64,000 bases of DNA from Candidatus Versatilivorator sp. (GTDB lineage: Bacteria; Acidobacteriota; Terriglobia; Versatilivoradales; Versatilivoraceae), in assembly GCA_965207735.1 (NCBI GenBank), contig OZ242296.1:1344001-1408000 (forward strand), written 5' to 3'. The position numbers and the translations under genes were made by a program. Positions within the stretch are counted from its first letter, which is position 1. Each line of letters starts with the position of its first letter. Positions 28,462-45,487 of the stretch are shown piece after piece. Below the pieces are notes generated by a model. That model did no database searches. It saw only the letters and a program-made list of their open reading frames with translations, and was not told the DNA's origin.

Positions 28462-28503
28462 CCCGTTCGTGGCCCTTCGTGGATTCTTCTTGAAAACGAC
28501 GGG

Positions 28504-32706
<4,203 letters not shown>

Positions 32707-32807
32707 TATCGCCTCCTTGAGAAGCCGACTCCCTTAGATGGTACTACCCTGCGGTTCCAGCCCCGGGGCACCCATTGGAAACCCCGAAAACGGACTGCTT
32801 TCCGCCC

Positions 32808-35800
32808 CTAATTTTGCTCGTACTTCTTCAGCAACTCCACATCCAGGCACAGACTCTGCAGCTCGCGAATCAAGACGTTGAAGGATTCCGGCAAACCGGG
32901 CTCGATGGCTGCCTCCCCCTTCACGATGGCCTCGTAGATCTTGGCTCGACCATAGACATCGTCGGCTTTGGCGGTCAGGAGTTCCTGCAGGATATGAGCG
33001 GCGCCGTAAGCCTCGAGCGCCCACACTTCCATCTCCCCAAATCGCTGGCCCCCGAACTGAGCCTTGCCGCCCAAAGGCTGCTGGGTTATGAGAGAGTACG
33101 GTCCGATGGATCGGGCATGGATCTTGTCGTCCACCAGGTGAGAGAGCTTCAGCATGTAGATATAGCCGACGGTGACCTTCTGCTCGAAGCGTTCTCCTGT
33201 CAGACCGTCACACAAGTAAGTCTTCCCGGAAAGGGGAAGCCGGGCAGTGCCCAACCGGGACTTGATTTCCTGCTCCGAGGCTCCGTCGAAGACGGGGGTG
33301 GAAAAATGCAATCCCAGAGCCCTGGCGGCCCAACCCAGATGGGCTTCCAGGATTTGTCCCACGTTCATGCGGGAAGGAACGCCCAAGGGGTTCAGTACGA
33401 TTTCAACAGGAGTCCCGTCCGGCAGATAGGGCATGTCTTCCTCAGGCAGAATCCGTGCGATGACTCCCTTGTTGCCATGTCTCCCGGCCATCTTGTCGCC
33501 CACCGAGAGCTTCCGTTTCATGGCCACATAGACTTTGACCAGCTTGATGACTCCTGGCGGCAACTCGTCGCCCTTCTTCAACTTGGACAATTTGTCTTCG
33601 TGAAGCGCCTGCAGCACTTCGATTTGCCGTTGGGTCATCTTCTCGATTTGCAGGATCTGAGACTTCAGCTTTGCATCCTTGCGGCCGATCTTGACTCGAC
33701 CCAGATCCCTGGCCCCCAGGCGTTGAATAATCTCCCGGCTCAACCGTGTCCGGCGAGCCAGAATTCGTTTTCCGCTCCGCTCGTGGGTCAGATCGGCTGT
33801 TAGAACCTCTCCCTCCAGCAGCTCGCAGATTCGCTTGTTGCGCTCACCGGTCAGAATCCGCATTTCATCGTTGAGGTTCCTCTCGATCCGCTCGATTTCG
33901 TGGTCCTCAATGGCCTTGGCCCGCTCATCCTTTTCCTGGCCCTTCCGAGAAAAGACCTTGACGTCCACCACCACTCCTTCAATTCCAGGCGGCGTGATCA
34001 GAGAAGCATCGCGCACATCGCCCGCTTTTTCCCCAAAGATAGCTCTCAGCAGCTTTTCCTCGGGGGTCAGCTGGGTCTCACCCTTGGGGGTGACCTTGCC
34101 CACGATGACGTCGCCGGGCTTGACGCTGGCCCCGATGCGGATGATCCCACTATCGTCCAAGTCCCGCAGGAAGCTTTCGCTCACGTTGGGAATATCCCGA
34201 GTGATCTCCTCGGGTCCCAGTTTGGTATCTCGAGCCTCGATCTCAAACTCTTCGATGTGGATCGAAGTGTAGTAGTCGTCCCTGATGAGTCGTTCGCTGA
34301 CCAGGATGGCATCCTCGAAATTGTAGCCACGCCAGGGCATGAATCCGACCAGGATGTTTCGGCCCAGGGCCAGCTCTCCCAAGTCGGTGCAGGGTCCGTC
34401 GGCCAGCACCTGTCCGGCCTGCACCCGGTCACCCTTGGCAATGATCGGCTTCTGGTTGATGCAGGTATTCTGATTGGAGCGACGAAACTTCCTGAGCTGA
34501 TAGATGTCAGCTCCAACTTCTCGAGACAGTTGGCCGTTTTCTCCCGTTTCCACCCGCACGATAATCCGCTCGGAGTCGACGCTGTCCACCACGCCCGACC
34601 GACGGCACAGTACAACCGCTCCGGAGTCGTGGGCGGTAACCCGTTCCATTCCGGTTCCCACGTAGGGCGCCTCGGCCCGGAGAAGAGGCACCGCCTGCCG
34701 CTGCATGTTGGACCCCATCAAGGCACGGTTGGCATCGTCGTTTTCCAGGAAGGGGATCAGAGAAGCAGCCACACTGACCAGTTGCTTGGGCGAAACGTCG
34801 ATGTAGTCGATCTCTTCCCGGTTTTTAAGCACGAAGTTGCCGGCTTGCCGAGCATTCACCAGGGGGCTTGTGATCCGTCCTTGAGAGTCCAGTTCCACGT
34901 TGGCCTGGGCAATGACGTAGCGGTCTTCCTCCCAGGCGGTGAGGCAGAAGGAATAGGGCTCGAATTCCACCAATCGCCTGTTATCCGTCTTGAGCTGGCT
35001 GTTCTTCTCTTCAACCGCCGCTCGTTCCAGATGTTGTCCGATCTTGAGATCTGACTCCCCACCGTTGGTCACGGTGACGTAGTCCACCACCTGCCCGTTC
35101 TTCACCTTTCGATAGGGGCTTTCGATGAATCCGAACTCGTTGATCTGAGCATAGCAACTCAGGGAAGAAATCAACCCGATGTTGGGACCCTCGGGAGTTT
35201 CAATGGGGCAGATACGCCCGTAGTGAGTGGTGTGAACGTCCCGGACCTCGAACCCGGCTCTTTCTCGACTCAATCCGCCAGGACCCAATGCGGACAAGCG
35301 CCGCTTGTGGGTGATCTCCGACAAGGGGTTGGTCTGATCCATAAATTGAGACAACTGGCTCGAACCGAAAAACTCTCGCACCGCAGCCATCACCGGCTTG
35401 GCATTGATCAGATCGTGGGGCATGGCGGTGGAGATCTCCTGATAGACCGACATCTTTTCTTTGATCGCCCGTTCCATGCGCACCAGACCGATTCGAAACT
35501 GGTTTTCCAGCAACTCACCCACTGCCCGAACCCGTCGATTGCCCAAGTGGTCGATATCGTCAACGTTTCCGATGTTCTTCCGCAACTTCAGGAGATAGGC
35601 GATGACGGCGTAGAAATCGTTTGGATCCAGCGTGCGTTCTTCCAGCGGTGTGTCGAGACCCAGCTTGATGTTGAATTTCAGGCGGCCGACTCTGGAAAAA
35701 TCGTACTTGCGAGAATCGAAGAACATCCCTTGAAACAGATGGGTGGCGGTCTCCAGCGTGGGGGGGTCCCCTGGACGGAGCTTGCGGTAGATCTCGATCA

Positions 35801-37076
35801 AGGCCTCCTTGGAGGTCTTGACGCTATCCTTCTTGATCGTCTGGCTGAGCACCACCCCCACATCGTCTCGCTCCGGGTTGAAAACGGCAAACTCGGGAAT
35901 GCCGGCATCGATGATTTCTGCGACGTCTGCCGCCTTGAGCTCTTCGTTGGCTTCGATCAGCACTTCCCCGGTCTCGGGATTTACCACGTCAGCCGCGGTA
36001 AAGTACCCTTCCAGATCGTGGGCACTGATTTCTACCTGGCCGACCCCGGCTTTGGTGATGTGATTGTATTGGCTCTGCGAGATTCTCTTCCCGGCATGAC
36101 TCAGCACGTCCCCGGTTTCGGGATGAACCACGTCATGCGACACCTTCATACCGATCAGACTTTCCGAAACTTTCCACAGGAGCCGCCGGTCGTCCACACC
36201 TATGGAATCAGTCTGGTAGAACGTACGGATCAACTCCTCGTCGTTCTTCAGCCCGAGTGCGCGCAAGAAGATGGACCCCAGGAATTTCCGCTTTCGGTCG
36301 ATCCGGACGTAAAGGATGTTCTTCTGATCGTATTCGAATTCCACCCAGGAACCACGGTAGGGAATGATCTTTCCCAGGAAATAGGTCTTGGCGCTGGCCG
36401 ACTCGAAAAACACACCGGGAGATCGATGTAGCTGGCTGACAATGACCCGCTCGGTGCCGTTGATCACGAAGGTTCCATTCTCGGTCATCAAAGGAATCTC
36501 GCCGAAGTAGACTTCCTGCTCCTTGATGTCGCGGATGGTCTTGCCTCCCGAATCGGGATCCTTGTCGTAAATCGTAAGCCGGATGGTTACTTTCAGCGGC
36601 GCGGCATAGGTCATTCCCCGCTCCTGACATTCAGCCACGTCGTACTTCAGCTTGAGGCTGACGGGATCGCCGCAATCTTCGCAAAATCTGGCTGCATTTC
36701 GGTTGTAGGTTCCGCATCCGGCGCAAACGACGTCAGCGATGGAGAACGGGTTGGTCACGATGTCGATCCCGCAGGATTGGCACTTGACTCTCAAGTGCTC
36801 CAATCCCTTGAGTTGACCACACTTGCACTCCCAGTTGCCGATCGAGTAGTCCACAAACTCCAGCGAGGAAACTCCCCGAAAGTCGCTTATGGGAAACACG
36901 GAATTGAACACGGCTTGCAGACCGAAATCCTCCCGCTCATCGGGTAACAGGCTCATTTGAAGAAACCGCTCATACGATTTCCTTTGAACCTCGATGAGGT
37001 TGGGAATCTGAATGGAAGTGAGGATCTTGGAAAAGTTCACCCGCTCCCTGGAATGTCCGTTTGAAGCAGTGCCCAT
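32808..37076 (-). CDS. rpoB: RNA polymerase beta subunit
   Basis: [33 protein letters not shown] and GGQRFGEME motifs. Confidence 0.99.
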   Translation of the reverse strand: MGTASNGHSRERVNFSKILTSIQIPNLIEVQRKSYERFLQMSLLPDEREDFGLQAVFNSVFPISDFRGVSSLEFVDYSIGNWECKCGQLKGLEHLRVKCQSCGIDIVTNPFSIADVVCAGCGTYNRNAARFCEDCGDPVSLKLKYDVAECQERGMTYAAPLKVTIRLTIYDKDPDSGGKTIRDIKEQEVYFGEIPLMTENGTFVINGTERVIVSQLHRSPGVFFESASAKTYFLGKIIPYRGSWVEFEYDQKNILYVRIDRKRKFLGSIFLRALGLKNDEELIRTFYQTDSIGVDDRRLLWKVSESLIGMKVSHDVVHPETGDVLSHAGKRISQSQYNHITKAGVGQVEISAHDLEGYFTAADVVNPETGEVLIEANEELKAADVAEIIDAGIPEFAVFNPERDDVGVVLSQTIKKDSVKTSKEALIEIYRKLRPGDPPTLETATHLFQGMFFDSRKYDFSRVGRLKFNIKLGLDTPLEERTLDPNDFYAVIAYLLKLRKNIGNVDDIDHLGNRRVRAVGELLENQFRIGLVRMERAIKEKMSVYQEISTAMPHDLINAKPVMAAVREFFGSSQLSQFMDQTNPLSEITHKRRLSALGPGGLSRERAGFEVRDVHTTHYGRICPIETPEGPNIGLISSLSCYAQINEFGFIESPYRKVKNGQVVDYVTVTNGGESDLKIGQHLERAAVEEKNSQLKTDNRRLVEFEPYSFCLTAWEEDRYVIAQANVELDSQGRITSPLVNARQAGNFVLKNREEIDYIDVSPKQLVSVAASLIPFLENDDANRALMGSNMQRQAVPLLRAEAPYVGTGMERVTAHDSGAVVLCRRSGVVDSVDSERIIVRVETGENGQLSREVGADIYQLRKFRRSNQNTCINQKPIIAKGDRVQAGQVLADGPCTDLGELALGRNILVGFMPWRGYNFEDAILVSERLIRDDYYTSIHIEEFEIEARDTKLGPEEITRDIPNVSESFLRDLDDSGIIRIGASVKPGDVIVGKVTPKGETQLTPEEKLLRAIFGEKAGDVRDASLITPPGIEGVVVDVKVFSRKGQEKDERAKAIEDHEIERIERNLNDEMRILTGERNKRICELLEGEVLTADLTHERSGKRILARRTRLSREIIQRLGARDLGRVKIGRKDAKLKSQILQIEKMTQRQIEVLQALHEDKLSKLKKGDELPPGVIKLVKVYVAMKRKLSVGDKMAGRHGNKGVIARILPEEDMPYLPDGTPVEIVLNPLGVPSRMNVGQILEAHLGWAARALGLHFSTPVFDGASEQEIKSRLGTARLPLSGKTYLCDGLTGERFEQKVTVGYIYMLKLSHLVDDKIHARSIGPYSLITQQPLGGKAQFGGQRFGEMEVWALEAYGAAHILQELLTAKADDVYGRAKIYEAIVKGEAAIEPGLPESFNVLIRELQSLCLDVELLKKYEQN

Positions 37077-37296
37077 TGGCTTGACTCCCTCAGATTGCGT
37101 AGAAAGCGCTTATCCTGTTTCCCGTACCCGGCGACCCGGTCAGAAACGCAGGTTGTCGCCCGGCCTTCTCCCCGACGACGCAAAAGAAACCGGCTCGCCC
37201 TTGAAGCTGTGGTGTCGAGACACCCGAACCCCAGACACACCGGTAGGTCCAATTGTCGGTTTGGAAATTCGAATAAGGAGAATCGTGGTTCTCAAG

Positions 37297-37680
37297 CTAT
37301 TTCAATTCGACGGTAGCTCCCGCCTCCTCAAACTTCTTTTTGAGGGCTTCTGCCTCGTCTTTGGGGATGTCTTCCTTGACGGGCTTGGGAGCACTGTCTA
37401 CCAGATCCTTGGCCTCCTTGAGGCCCAGACTGGTCACTTCTCGAACCACTTTGATGGTATTGATCTTCTTGCTGGCACCGAAACCAGTGAGAATCACGCT
37501 GAATTCCGTCTGCTCCTCAACTTCCTCGGCTGCCGGTCCGGCTGGGCCAGCCACGGCCACGGGAGCGGCGGCAGCGGCAGATACCCCGAACCTTTCCTCC
37601 AAACCCTTCACGAGTTCAGAGGCTTCCAGCAACGTCAATTGCTGAATCTCGTCGAGCAACTTCTGAATCTTCTCCGACAT
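37297..37680 (-). CDS. rplL: 50S ribosomal protein L7/L12
   Basis: FGVSAAAA hinge, [19 protein letters not shown]. Confidence 0.98.
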   Translation of the reverse strand: MSEKIQKLLDEIQQLTLLEASELVKGLEERFGVSAAAAAPVAVAGPAGPAAEEVEEQTEFSVILTGFGASKKINTIKVVREVTSLGLKEAKDLVDSAPKPVKEDIPKDEAEALKKKFEEAGATVELK

Positions 37681-37710
37681 CAAGTCCTCCTCTTTAACGG
37701 TAACGAATTT

Positions 37711-38235
37711 CTACTCTGAGAATTTCTTTTCCTTGCCCGCCTCTTCCATCACCACGGCCAGGTTGCGGGGCACCGCCTGAACCACGCTGGCCAACCTCTG
37801 GGCTCCTGTGTTGAGCAGAAACATCAACTTGGAGATCAGTTCCTCCTTGCTCGGCAGACTGGCAATTTGGTTCAGATCCGCCAGATCGATGACCCGCCCT
37901 TCCACCACACCTGCCTTGAATACCAGGCGGGGGTGGGCCTTGGCGAAGGTCGTGATCGCCTTGGCCAAGGTCACGGGATCTTCAGCGTTGTAGGCGACTG
38001 CGCTGGACCCGGTGAACTGGTCCTTGATGGACTCCAAGTCCGTCCCCTGCGCGGCTCGCTTGGCCAACGTGTTCTTGACTACCCGGTACCTGGACCCGCC
38101 GGCGCGAATGGATCGGCGCAACTCAGTATCCTGTCCCACGGTTAATCCCTGAAAACCCGTCACGAGCAGGTTCCTGGCGTCGATGAATTCCTTTCGCAGG
38201 TTTTCGATCTCTTTTTCCTTGTCGTTGCGATGCAC
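37711..38235 (-). CDS. rplJ: 50S ribosomal protein L10
   Basis: VVKNTLA and LPSKEELI motifs; GTG start with GGAGG RBS. Confidence 0.96.
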   Translation of the reverse strand: MHRNDKEKEIENLRKEFIDARNLLVTGFQGLTVGQDTELRRSIRAGGSRYRVVKNTLAKRAAQGTDLESIKDQFTGSSAVAYNAEDPVTLAKAITTFAKAHPRLVFKAGVVEGRVIDLADLNQIASLPSKEELISKLMFLLNTGAQRLASVVQAVPRNLAVVMEEAGKEKKFSE

Positions 38236-38255
38236 GGTTGAATCCTCCGAAGGAG

Positions 38256-38948
38256 CTACTTGTCCAGCGATGTCAGTTCCACGCGAATCCCCGGGCCCAT
38301 GGTGGAGCACACAATGACACTGCGCAGGTATCTGCCCTTGGCCGCGGACGGCTTGGCCTTGATGACGCACTCGATGAGCGTCCTGGCATTTTCCAGGAGG
38401 TGCTCACCGTCAAAGGACACCTTTCCCAGGGGCGTGTGAATTATGGCTGTCCTGTCGACCCGAAACTCGACTTTTCCGGCCTTGATTTCCTTTACCGCGC
38501 TGCCCACTTCAAAGGTAACGGTTCCGGTCTTGGGATTAGGCATCAAACCCTTGGGGCCGAGAATTCTTCCCAGCCTTCCCAGGAATTTCATCATGTCCGG
38601 CGTAGCCACCATCGCTTCGAAGTCCAGCCAGCCACCCTGGATCTTGCCCACCAATTCTTCGCCGCCCACATGCTCTGCCCCGGCTTGTTCAGCTTCCTTC
38701 TGCTTTTCCCCGCTGGCAATCACGCAGACCTTTTTGCTCTTCCCCAGACCGTGGGGCAACACCACGGTGCCACGCACCATCTGATCGGCGTGCCTGGGGT
38801 CCACTCCCAGGCGCAGCGAGATTTCAACCGTCTCGTCAAACTTGGCCGAGGCCAGCTTCTGCACCAGCGGAAGTGCCGCCTGCAGAGGATAGGCCTGTCC
38901 TTGAATCTCCGTTCTGGCCCGGGCCATGCGCTTACTCGTCTTCGCCAT
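38256..38948 (-). CDS. rplA: 50S ribosomal protein L1
   Basis: KFDETVE and [15 protein letters not shown] motifs. Confidence 0.98.
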   Translation of the reverse strand: MAKTSKRMARARTEIQGQAYPLQAALPLVQKLASAKFDETVEISLRLGVDPRHADQMVRGTVVLPHGLGKSKKVCVIASGEKQKEAEQAGAEHVGGEELVGKIQGGWLDFEAMVATPDMMKFLGRLGRILGPKGLMPNPKTGTVTFEVGSAVKEIKAGKVEFRVDRTAIIHTPLGKVSFDGEHLLENARTLIECVIKAKPSAAKGRYLRSVIVCSTMGPGIRVELTSLDK

Positions 38949-38957
38949 TGGAACTCC

Positions 38958-39389
38958 TCAATTAACCACCTCGATTCCCATGCTGCGGGCCGTTCCCTTG
39001 ACGATGGCGACCGCCCCGGCCAGATCATGGGAATTGAGATCCGGCATTTTTTGCTTGGCTATTTCCTCCACCTGCCCCTCTGTGACCGTGCCCACCTTGT
39101 TCCGGTTGGGAGTGCCGGATCCCTTGGCAATTCCGGCCAGCCGTTTCAGTAGCACGGCTGCCGGTGGGGTTTTGGTTATAAAGGAAAAGGTGCGGTCCGC
39201 AAACACCGTGATCACCACGGGAATGATGAGGCCCTCCTGATCCTTGTTCGAGGTCTTGGCATTGAAGGCCTTGCAGAAGTCCATGATGTTGACTCCGTGC
39301 TGGCCCAATGCCGGACCCACCGGGGGAGCAGGAGTCGCCTTGGCGGCCGGGATCTGCAGTTTGATGTTTCCGATTACCTTTTTCGCCAT
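38958..39389 (-). CDS. rplK: 50S ribosomal protein L11
   Basis: [15 protein letters not shown] and GTARSMGI motifs. Confidence 0.98.
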   Translation of the reverse strand: MAKKVIGNIKLQIPAAKATPAPPVGPALGQHGVNIMDFCKAFNAKTSNKDQEGLIIPVVITVFADRTFSFITKTPPAAVLLKRLAGIAKGSGTPNRNKVGTVTEGQVEEIAKQKMPDLNSHDLAGAVAIVKGTARSMGIEVVN

Positions 39390-39467
39390 CAACACCTCCG
39401 CTGGCGTTCGACGCCCAACCGAACTGGGCAGGCGCCCCGCAACCGTGGGCGCGCAGAGCAATGCGGA

Positions 39468-40001
39468 CTAGGGCTTTTCAACCTGCAGAAAATCCAACTC
39501 CACCGGGGTCTGGCGTCCAAAGATGGTGACGTTGACTTTGAGCGTGTTCCGGTCCTCGTTCAACTCCTCCACTGTTCCGGTGAAGTTGCTGAAGGGGCCG
39601 TCGATGATCTTGACGGTCTCGCCGTGCTCAAAGGTCAACTCGATCTTGGGCTTCTCCGCCGTCGCTTCGGCGTGGTAGATAATCTGATCGACTTCCTGCT
39701 GGCTCAGGGGCGAAGGAATCTGTCCCGAACCGACAAAACCAGTGACCCTGGGAGTATTCTTGACGACATGCCAGGCCCGATCGGTCATTTCCATTTCAAT
39801 CAACACGTAGCCGGGAAAGGTGATCTTTTTGCTGGTGACACGCTTCCCGCCCTTCATTTCTACGACATCCTCCTCAGGAACCAGGGGTTCTTCGCCGAAC
39901 TGGTCCTGCATGTCGAAGGCCTCAACCCGGCTCTTGAGACTTGCGGCAACCTTGCGCTCAAATCCGGAATAAGTGTGAATGATGTACCACTGCTTGCCCA
40001 T
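39468..40001 (-). CDS. nusG: Transcription termination/antitermination factor NusG
   Basis: [20 protein letters not shown] motif [19 protein letters not shown]. Confidence 0.98.
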   Translation of the reverse strand: MGKQWYIIHTYSGFERKVAASLKSRVEAFDMQDQFGEEPLVPEEDVVEMKGGKRVTSKKITFPGYVLIEMEMTDRAWHVVKNTPRVTGFVGSGQIPSPLSQQEVDQIIYHAEATAEKPKIELTFEHGETVKIIDGPFSNFTGTVEELNEDRNTLKVNVTIFGRQTPVELDFLQVEKP

Positions 40002-40055
40002 TCCAGATTCCTCCCGATGGCCGGCCCCTTCCAAGAAAGTCACACCCAATGACCA

Positions 40056-40271
40056 CTACCGGCCAGCCAACCAACCATATAAACTCTGAACCCCAAACTG
40101 CAGGACCATATCGACCAGACCCAGATAGATTCCAAAGAAAAACACGGCGCAAAGGACGACAATGGTGGTCCCGTAAACTTCTTTTCGCCCCGGCCAGGAG
40201 ACCTTCCGCATCTCCAATTTGACATCGCCGAAGAACTGATTGATTCTGGAAACCTTCAACGATTCCAACAA
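40056..40271 (-). CDS. secE: Preprotein translocase subunit SecE
   Basis: EMRKVSWP followed by one TM segment; TTG start 7 nt after GGAGG; synteny. Confidence 0.92.
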   Translation of the reverse strand: MLESLKVSRINQFFGDVKLEMRKVSWPGRKEVYGTTIVVLCAVFFFGIYLGLVDMVLQFGVQSLYGWLAGR

Positions 40272-40319
40272 GGAGCCACCTCCATAACAGGGACGATCGC
40301 GAAATTCATTGAGGAAAGA

Positions 40320-40396
40320 TGGCAGGCCAGGAGGGATTCGAACCCCCAACATCCGGTTTTGGAGACCGGCGCTCTACCAGTTCGAGCTACTGGCCT
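40320..40396 (-). tRNA. tRNA-Trp(CCA)
   Basis: AGGCCAG/CTGGCCT stem, CT-CCA-AA loop, encoded CCA end; lies between rpmG and secE. Confidence 0.97.
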
Positions 40397-40471
40397 GTAG
40401 TGAGGACCAGAGGGCAAGAATTTCCTTGTCACTGCGATCTCTAACACCGACAGCGCCGACCGAGGCGGTTC

Positions 40472-40621
40472 CTATCGAGTCTCTCGATGGACCGTATGGG
40501 CTCGGCAGGAGCGACAGAACTTCTTGATCTCCAGTCGTCCGGGAGTCTTCTTCTTGTTCTTGGTGGTCGAATAGTTCCTTCGTTTGCAACTGTTGCACTG
40601 CAGAGTCACAATGTCTCGCAT
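40472..40621 (-). CDS. rpmG: 50S ribosomal protein L33, Zn-binding type (absent from the ORF track, 49 aa)
   Basis: [49 protein letters not shown]; two CxxC motifs. Confidence 0.96.
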   Translation of the reverse strand: MRDIVTLQCNSCKRRNYSTTKNKKKTPGRLEIKKFCRSCRAHTVHRETR

Positions 40622-40670
40622 CTGCTTGACCTTCCGCTCCCGGCAACCGGCTCAAAGAGGTTGGGCGCTG

Positions 40671-41858
<1,188 letters not shown>

Positions 41859-41963
41859 CGCTTACTCTCCTTGCAATCACGGGACAAGCCTCAGCAGCCA
41901 TCCCAACATGAACGTGATATCGGACCTCTTTCGGGTGCGGACGGACTGCTCAACGGAAGGCAG

Positions 41964-42037
41964 AGCCCACGACCAGGCTTGAACTGGTGACCTCGTCCTT
42001 ACCAAGGACGCGCTCGTACCAACTGAGCTACGTGGGC
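41964..42037 (-). tRNA. tRNA-Thr(GGT), CCA not encoded
   Basis: GCCCACG/CGTGGGC stem, TT-GGT-AA loop, GTTCAAG T-loop. Confidence 0.94.
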
Positions 42038-42044
42038 ATAACTC

Positions 42045-42119
42045 TGGAGCGGGAGACGGGGCTCGAACCCGCGACCAACAGCTTGGAAGGCTGTGACTCT
42101 ACCACTGAGTTACTCCCGC
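42045..42119 (-). tRNA. tRNA-Gly(TCC)
   Basis: GCGGGAG/CTCCCGC stem, CT-TCC-AA loop, encoded CCA. Confidence 0.97.
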
Positions 42120-42144
42120 CTCGATCTCCGGCTAAATATATATG

Positions 42145-42233
42145 TGGTGGAGAGAGGAGGATTCGAACCTCCGTAGCTCGCAAGGAGCGGCAGATTTACA
42201 GTCTGCTGCCATTAACCACTCGGCCATCTCTCC
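42145..42233 (-). tRNA. tRNA-Tyr(GTA)
   Basis: GGAGAGA/TCTCTCC stem, CT-GTA-AA loop, long variable arm, encoded CCA. Confidence 0.97.
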
Positions 42234-42249
42234 CAACGAACTCAATCGC

Positions 42250-42325
42250 TGGAGCTGGCGAAGGGACTTGAACCCCCGACCCTCTGATTACAAATCAGAT
42301 GCTCTACCAACTGAGCTACGCCAGC
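42250..42325 (-). tRNA. tRNA-Thr(TGT)
   Basis: GCTGGCG/CGCCAGC stem, TT-TGT-AA loop, encoded CCA. Confidence 0.97.
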
Positions 42326-42342
42326 CCGTTGGCAAACCCCGA

Positions 42343-42371
42343 AATATAGCAAAAAGACCTACCTAACGCAA
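42343..42371 (-). promoter_or_regulatory. Sigma70 promoter of the tRNA-tuf operon
   Basis: TTGCGT-N17-TATATT with an extended TGn and an AT-rich upstream tract. Confidence 0.65.
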
Positions 42372-42398
42372 CAATAATTACGGTCCAATCCACTTCAA

Positions 42399-43139
42399 TC
42401 AACTGCTTCGGCTGCGACCCCGCTGCCGGATGGCCTCATAAAGCACAATGCCGGCAGCAACCGACACGTTTAACGACTGGATGGGCCCCGGAGTGGGAAT
42501 CGAAGCCAGAAAATCGCACTTTTCCCGCACCAGTCGCCTCAATCCCGCCTCTTCACTCCCCAAAACCAATGCCGTGCCAAGGGTTAAATCCAGGTCCTGA
42601 CAACCGAGAGGCTGCCCCGTTTCCACCCCTGCAACCCATATTCCCTTCGTTTTGAGCTGGTCGATGGCCCTGGCGAGATTGCTCACTCGAGCGATGGAAA
42701 GGTACTCCAGGCCACCGGCTGCCGCCTTGGAGACGGTTGCGTTCACTCCAGCGGCATGGTCCTTGGTGACAACCACCCCATCCACCCCGGCGGCCGCGCA
42801 GCACCTCAAGGCGGCACCCAGATTTCTCGGGTCCTTGACGGAATCCAACAAAACCACCAGAGGCACCGGCCCCAAACCGTCCAGGAGATCTTCCATCTCG
42901 ACGTAGGGCCGGGCAACACAGACCGCCACCACCCCCTGGTGATTGGCGCCGCCCACCTGCTGATCCAGAAGCTTGCGCGGTTCAAACCGGATGGTGTATC
43001 CCTGGCGCTGGGCGAGTTGGACGACAGCCTTGAGCCCCGGGCTGCCGGCGCCACGGGCGACGAAGAGGCACGAAACCGGCCTGGTACCGGATCTCAGGCA
43101 CTCTCTCACCGGATGGATGCCGTAGATCAGTTGCTCCAT
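42399..43139 (-). CDS. rlmB: 23S rRNA (Gm2251) 2'-O-methyltransferase
   Basis: IYGIHPV, HQGVVA, DPRNLGA, GSEEAGL and SLNVSVA SPOUT motifs. Confidence 0.94.
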   Translation of the reverse strand: MEQLIYGIHPVRECLRSGTRPVSCLFVARGAGSPGLKAVVQLAQRQGYTIRFEPRKLLDQQVGGANHQGVVAVCVARPYVEMEDLLDGLGPVPLVVLLDSVKDPRNLGAALRCCAAAGVDGVVVTKDHAAGVNATVSKAAAGGLEYLSIARVSNLARAIDQLKTKGIWVAGVETGQPLGCQDLDLTLGTALVLGSEEAGLRRLVREKCDFLASIPTPGPIQSLNVSVAAGIVLYEAIRQRGRSRSS

Positions 43140-43142
43140 CAA

Positions 43143-44657
43143 TCAATGGATACGGCTCAGTCCCTGGGAACGCATGGCGCTATGGAACTCGTTGCTCCTG
43201 TCCCGGCAATCCTTGATTCGACGGGGCAATTCAAGTCGACTGCCGCCTTCGAAAATGGGCACCAGCTTGTCCAGCTCAGGCCCTGAGTCCTTGCCGGTCA
43301 GGGCCACCCGAATGGGATGGAAAAGCTTCCTCCCCTTTTGACCGCTGCCGGCCTTCACGCTCTGGACGATGGAGGGCCATTCCCGGACCACGTCGCGCTT
43401 GCCAAGGGTAAGCTGATTCCTGAGTTCCTCAACGACTCTTGCGGCCCCGGGTGACGACAGGACCTGGCGAACTCCCTCATCCTGTACTGCCTTTTCCGCC
43501 TCAAAGTCCCACAACTGGGGAGCCTTTCGGGAAAGCTGGCTCAAGTGGTCCAGGCCGGGCAGAAAGGCCTCGACCACCAGCCCTACCCATTGGCGCACTC
43601 TGGAATCCACCTCTCCCAACAACCCCTCCTGCCTCAGATAGTCGCTGGCCCACTCGACGGTACGGGAGAGCTCGCATTCTTTCAGGTAGTGGCGGTTGAA
43701 AAAATACAGCTTTTGGGCGTCGAAAATGGCTGGACTCTTCGACACCCGTTCGATGTCGAAGCCTTCTACCAGCTCCTCTGGCGAGAGAATCTCATCCTGG
43801 TCTTCCCCGGGCGCCCATCCCAGAAGTGTCAAGTAGTTGAGCAAGGCCTCCCAGAGAACTCCCTGCTCTCGATAGTGTTTCAGCGAGGTTGCCCCATGTC
43901 GCTTCGAAAGACGAGTGCGGTCCGGTCCAAGAATGGTCGACAAATGAGCGAAGACCGGCAAGGGCCATCCCAAGGCCTCGTATATCAGTACCTGTCGAGG
44001 GGTGTTGGAGAGGTGGTCGTCGCCTCGGATGACGTGGCTGATCTTCATCAAGCCGTCGTCCACCACCGCCGCGTAGTTGTAGGTGGGCATGCCATTGGAC
44101 CGAACCAGAATGGGGTCTCCCAAGACGGCGCTGTCAAACTGCATCTCGCCGTGGACCAGATCCCGAAAGACAACCTTGCCGGATCGGACCTTCAGGCGAA
44201 TCACCGACGGATGTCCGTCCGCAAGCCGCCGAGCCACCTCCACGGGCGACAGTCGCCCGCAGGTTCCGGGATACTTCCAGGTTAGCCCCGCCTGCCGCGC
44301 CTCCCTTGCCTGCCGCCCCAATTCCTCCTCACTGCAAAAACAGCGGTAAGCGGATTTCTGCTCCAACAGGACTTCGGCGTAGCGGGCATAAATTGCCGTG
44401 CGGCTGCTTTGACGATAGGGCCCGAACGGCCCGCCGCAGTCCGGCCCCTCTTGCCAATCCAGACCCAACCACTTCAGATCCCCGCAAATCAGGTCCTCAA
44501 ATCGACTTTCGGAACGGACCCGGTCGGTGTCTTCGATCCGAATGACCAGACTGCCGCCATACTTTTTCACGTACAGCCAATTGAAGACGGCGGTCCGGGC
44601 ATTTCCGACATGCAGATCACCGGTCGGGCTCGGCGCGAAACGGAGACGATTGGGCAT
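43143..44657 (-). CDS. gltX: Glutamate--tRNA ligase
   Basis: RFAPSPTG, HVGN (HIGH), RIEDTD, RGDDH and LSKR motifs. Confidence 0.96.
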   Translation of the reverse strand: MPNRLRFAPSPTGDLHVGNARTAVFNWLYVKKYGGSLVIRIEDTDRVRSESRFEDLICGDLKWLGLDWQEGPDCGGPFGPYRQSSRTAIYARYAEVLLEQKSAYRCFCSEEELGRQAREARQAGLTWKYPGTCGRLSPVEVARRLADGHPSVIRLKVRSGKVVFRDLVHGEMQFDSAVLGDPILVRSNGMPTYNYAAVVDDGLMKISHVIRGDDHLSNTPRQVLIYEALGWPLPVFAHLSTILGPDRTRLSKRHGATSLKHYREQGVLWEALLNYLTLLGWAPGEDQDEILSPEELVEGFDIERVSKSPAIFDAQKLYFFNRHYLKECELSRTVEWASDYLRQEGLLGEVDSRVRQWVGLVVEAFLPGLDHLSQLSRKAPQLWDFEAEKAVQDEGVRQVLSSPGAARVVEELRNQLTLGKRDVVREWPSIVQSVKAGSGQKGRKLFHPIRVALTGKDSGPELDKLVPIFEGGSRLELPRRIKDCRDRSNEFHSAMRSQGLSRIH

Positions 44658-44785
44658 CACTAGAGAAACTGTACCTCAGACCGACAAGCAATAAAGGCAA
44701 ATGAGACATCCACCAAGAGACTGGTTGGCGGACTGTTGATCGCCGATCCTCGATCGGGGAGTCTTGACAACCGATTTTGCCCTGC

Positions 44786-45487
44786 TCAACCGCCAGCCCC
44801 GCGACGGGAAGACTGCCGGACGAAGAACTGGGCCAGCGGCAGGTCCGAGGGCTTGGTAATCTTGATGTTCCGCTCACTGCCCAGCAGTACCGTGACCGGA
44901 TAACCCAAACGCTCCACCAGACAGGACTCGTCGCTGGCGTAATAGTTGTCGGCACGAGCCCTTTCCAGAGCATCTCTCAGAATCTCGTAGCGAAAGGCTT
45001 GCGGAGTCTGAACCATGACAATCTTTTCGCGAGGCAGAGTAGCCACCACCCGTTGTCGTTCCACCTGCTTGACCGTATCGATACAGGGGAGGGCAAGGAT
45101 AGCGCTGCCCTTATCAGCCGCCGCATCGATAACGGACTCGATCATTGCCACCTCCACAAAGGGCCTGACACCGTCGTGGACCACCACGATGTCGGTGCCT
45201 GGGTCAATGGCCCTGAAGGCGTTGTAGACCGATTCCTGGCGGTGGGCTCCACCGGCTACCAGATGGGCGAAGTTCGACAGCCCCCGCTGCTCCAACTCCT
45301 GGCGGAAAACCGGCATGTCCGCCACTCTGAGCGAGACGCAGGCGCCCGTAACCCGTCCGCAGGCCACGAACTTTCCCAAGGTGTGGATGAGTACCGAACC
45401 GTCCCCCAGCGGAATGAACTGTTTGGGGCCGGAGGACTTCATCCGAGTCCCGACTCCCGCCGCCGGTATGATGGCAGCCACGTTCAT
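44786..45487 (-). CDS. ispD: 2-C-methyl-D-erythritol 4-phosphate cytidylyltransferase
   Basis: PAAGVGTRM, HDGVRP, QTPQAF and NIKIT motifs. Confidence 0.95.
   Translation of the reverse strand: MNVAAIIPAAGVGTRMKSSGPKQFIPLGDGSVLIHTLGKFVACGRVTGACVSLRVADMPVFRQELEQRGLSNFAHLVAGGAHRQESVYNAFRAIDPGTDIVVVHDGVRPFVEVAMIESVIDAAADKGSAILALPCIDTVKQVERQRVVATLPREKIVMVQTPQAFRYEILRDALERARADNYYASDESCLVERLGYPVTVLLGSERNIKITKPSDLPLAQFFVRQSSRRGAGG

Noticed and set aside
41961-41963. tRNA-Thr(GGT) pseudogene because CCA is not encoded
   Set aside because: The cloverleaf is intact and CCA can be added post-transcriptionally.
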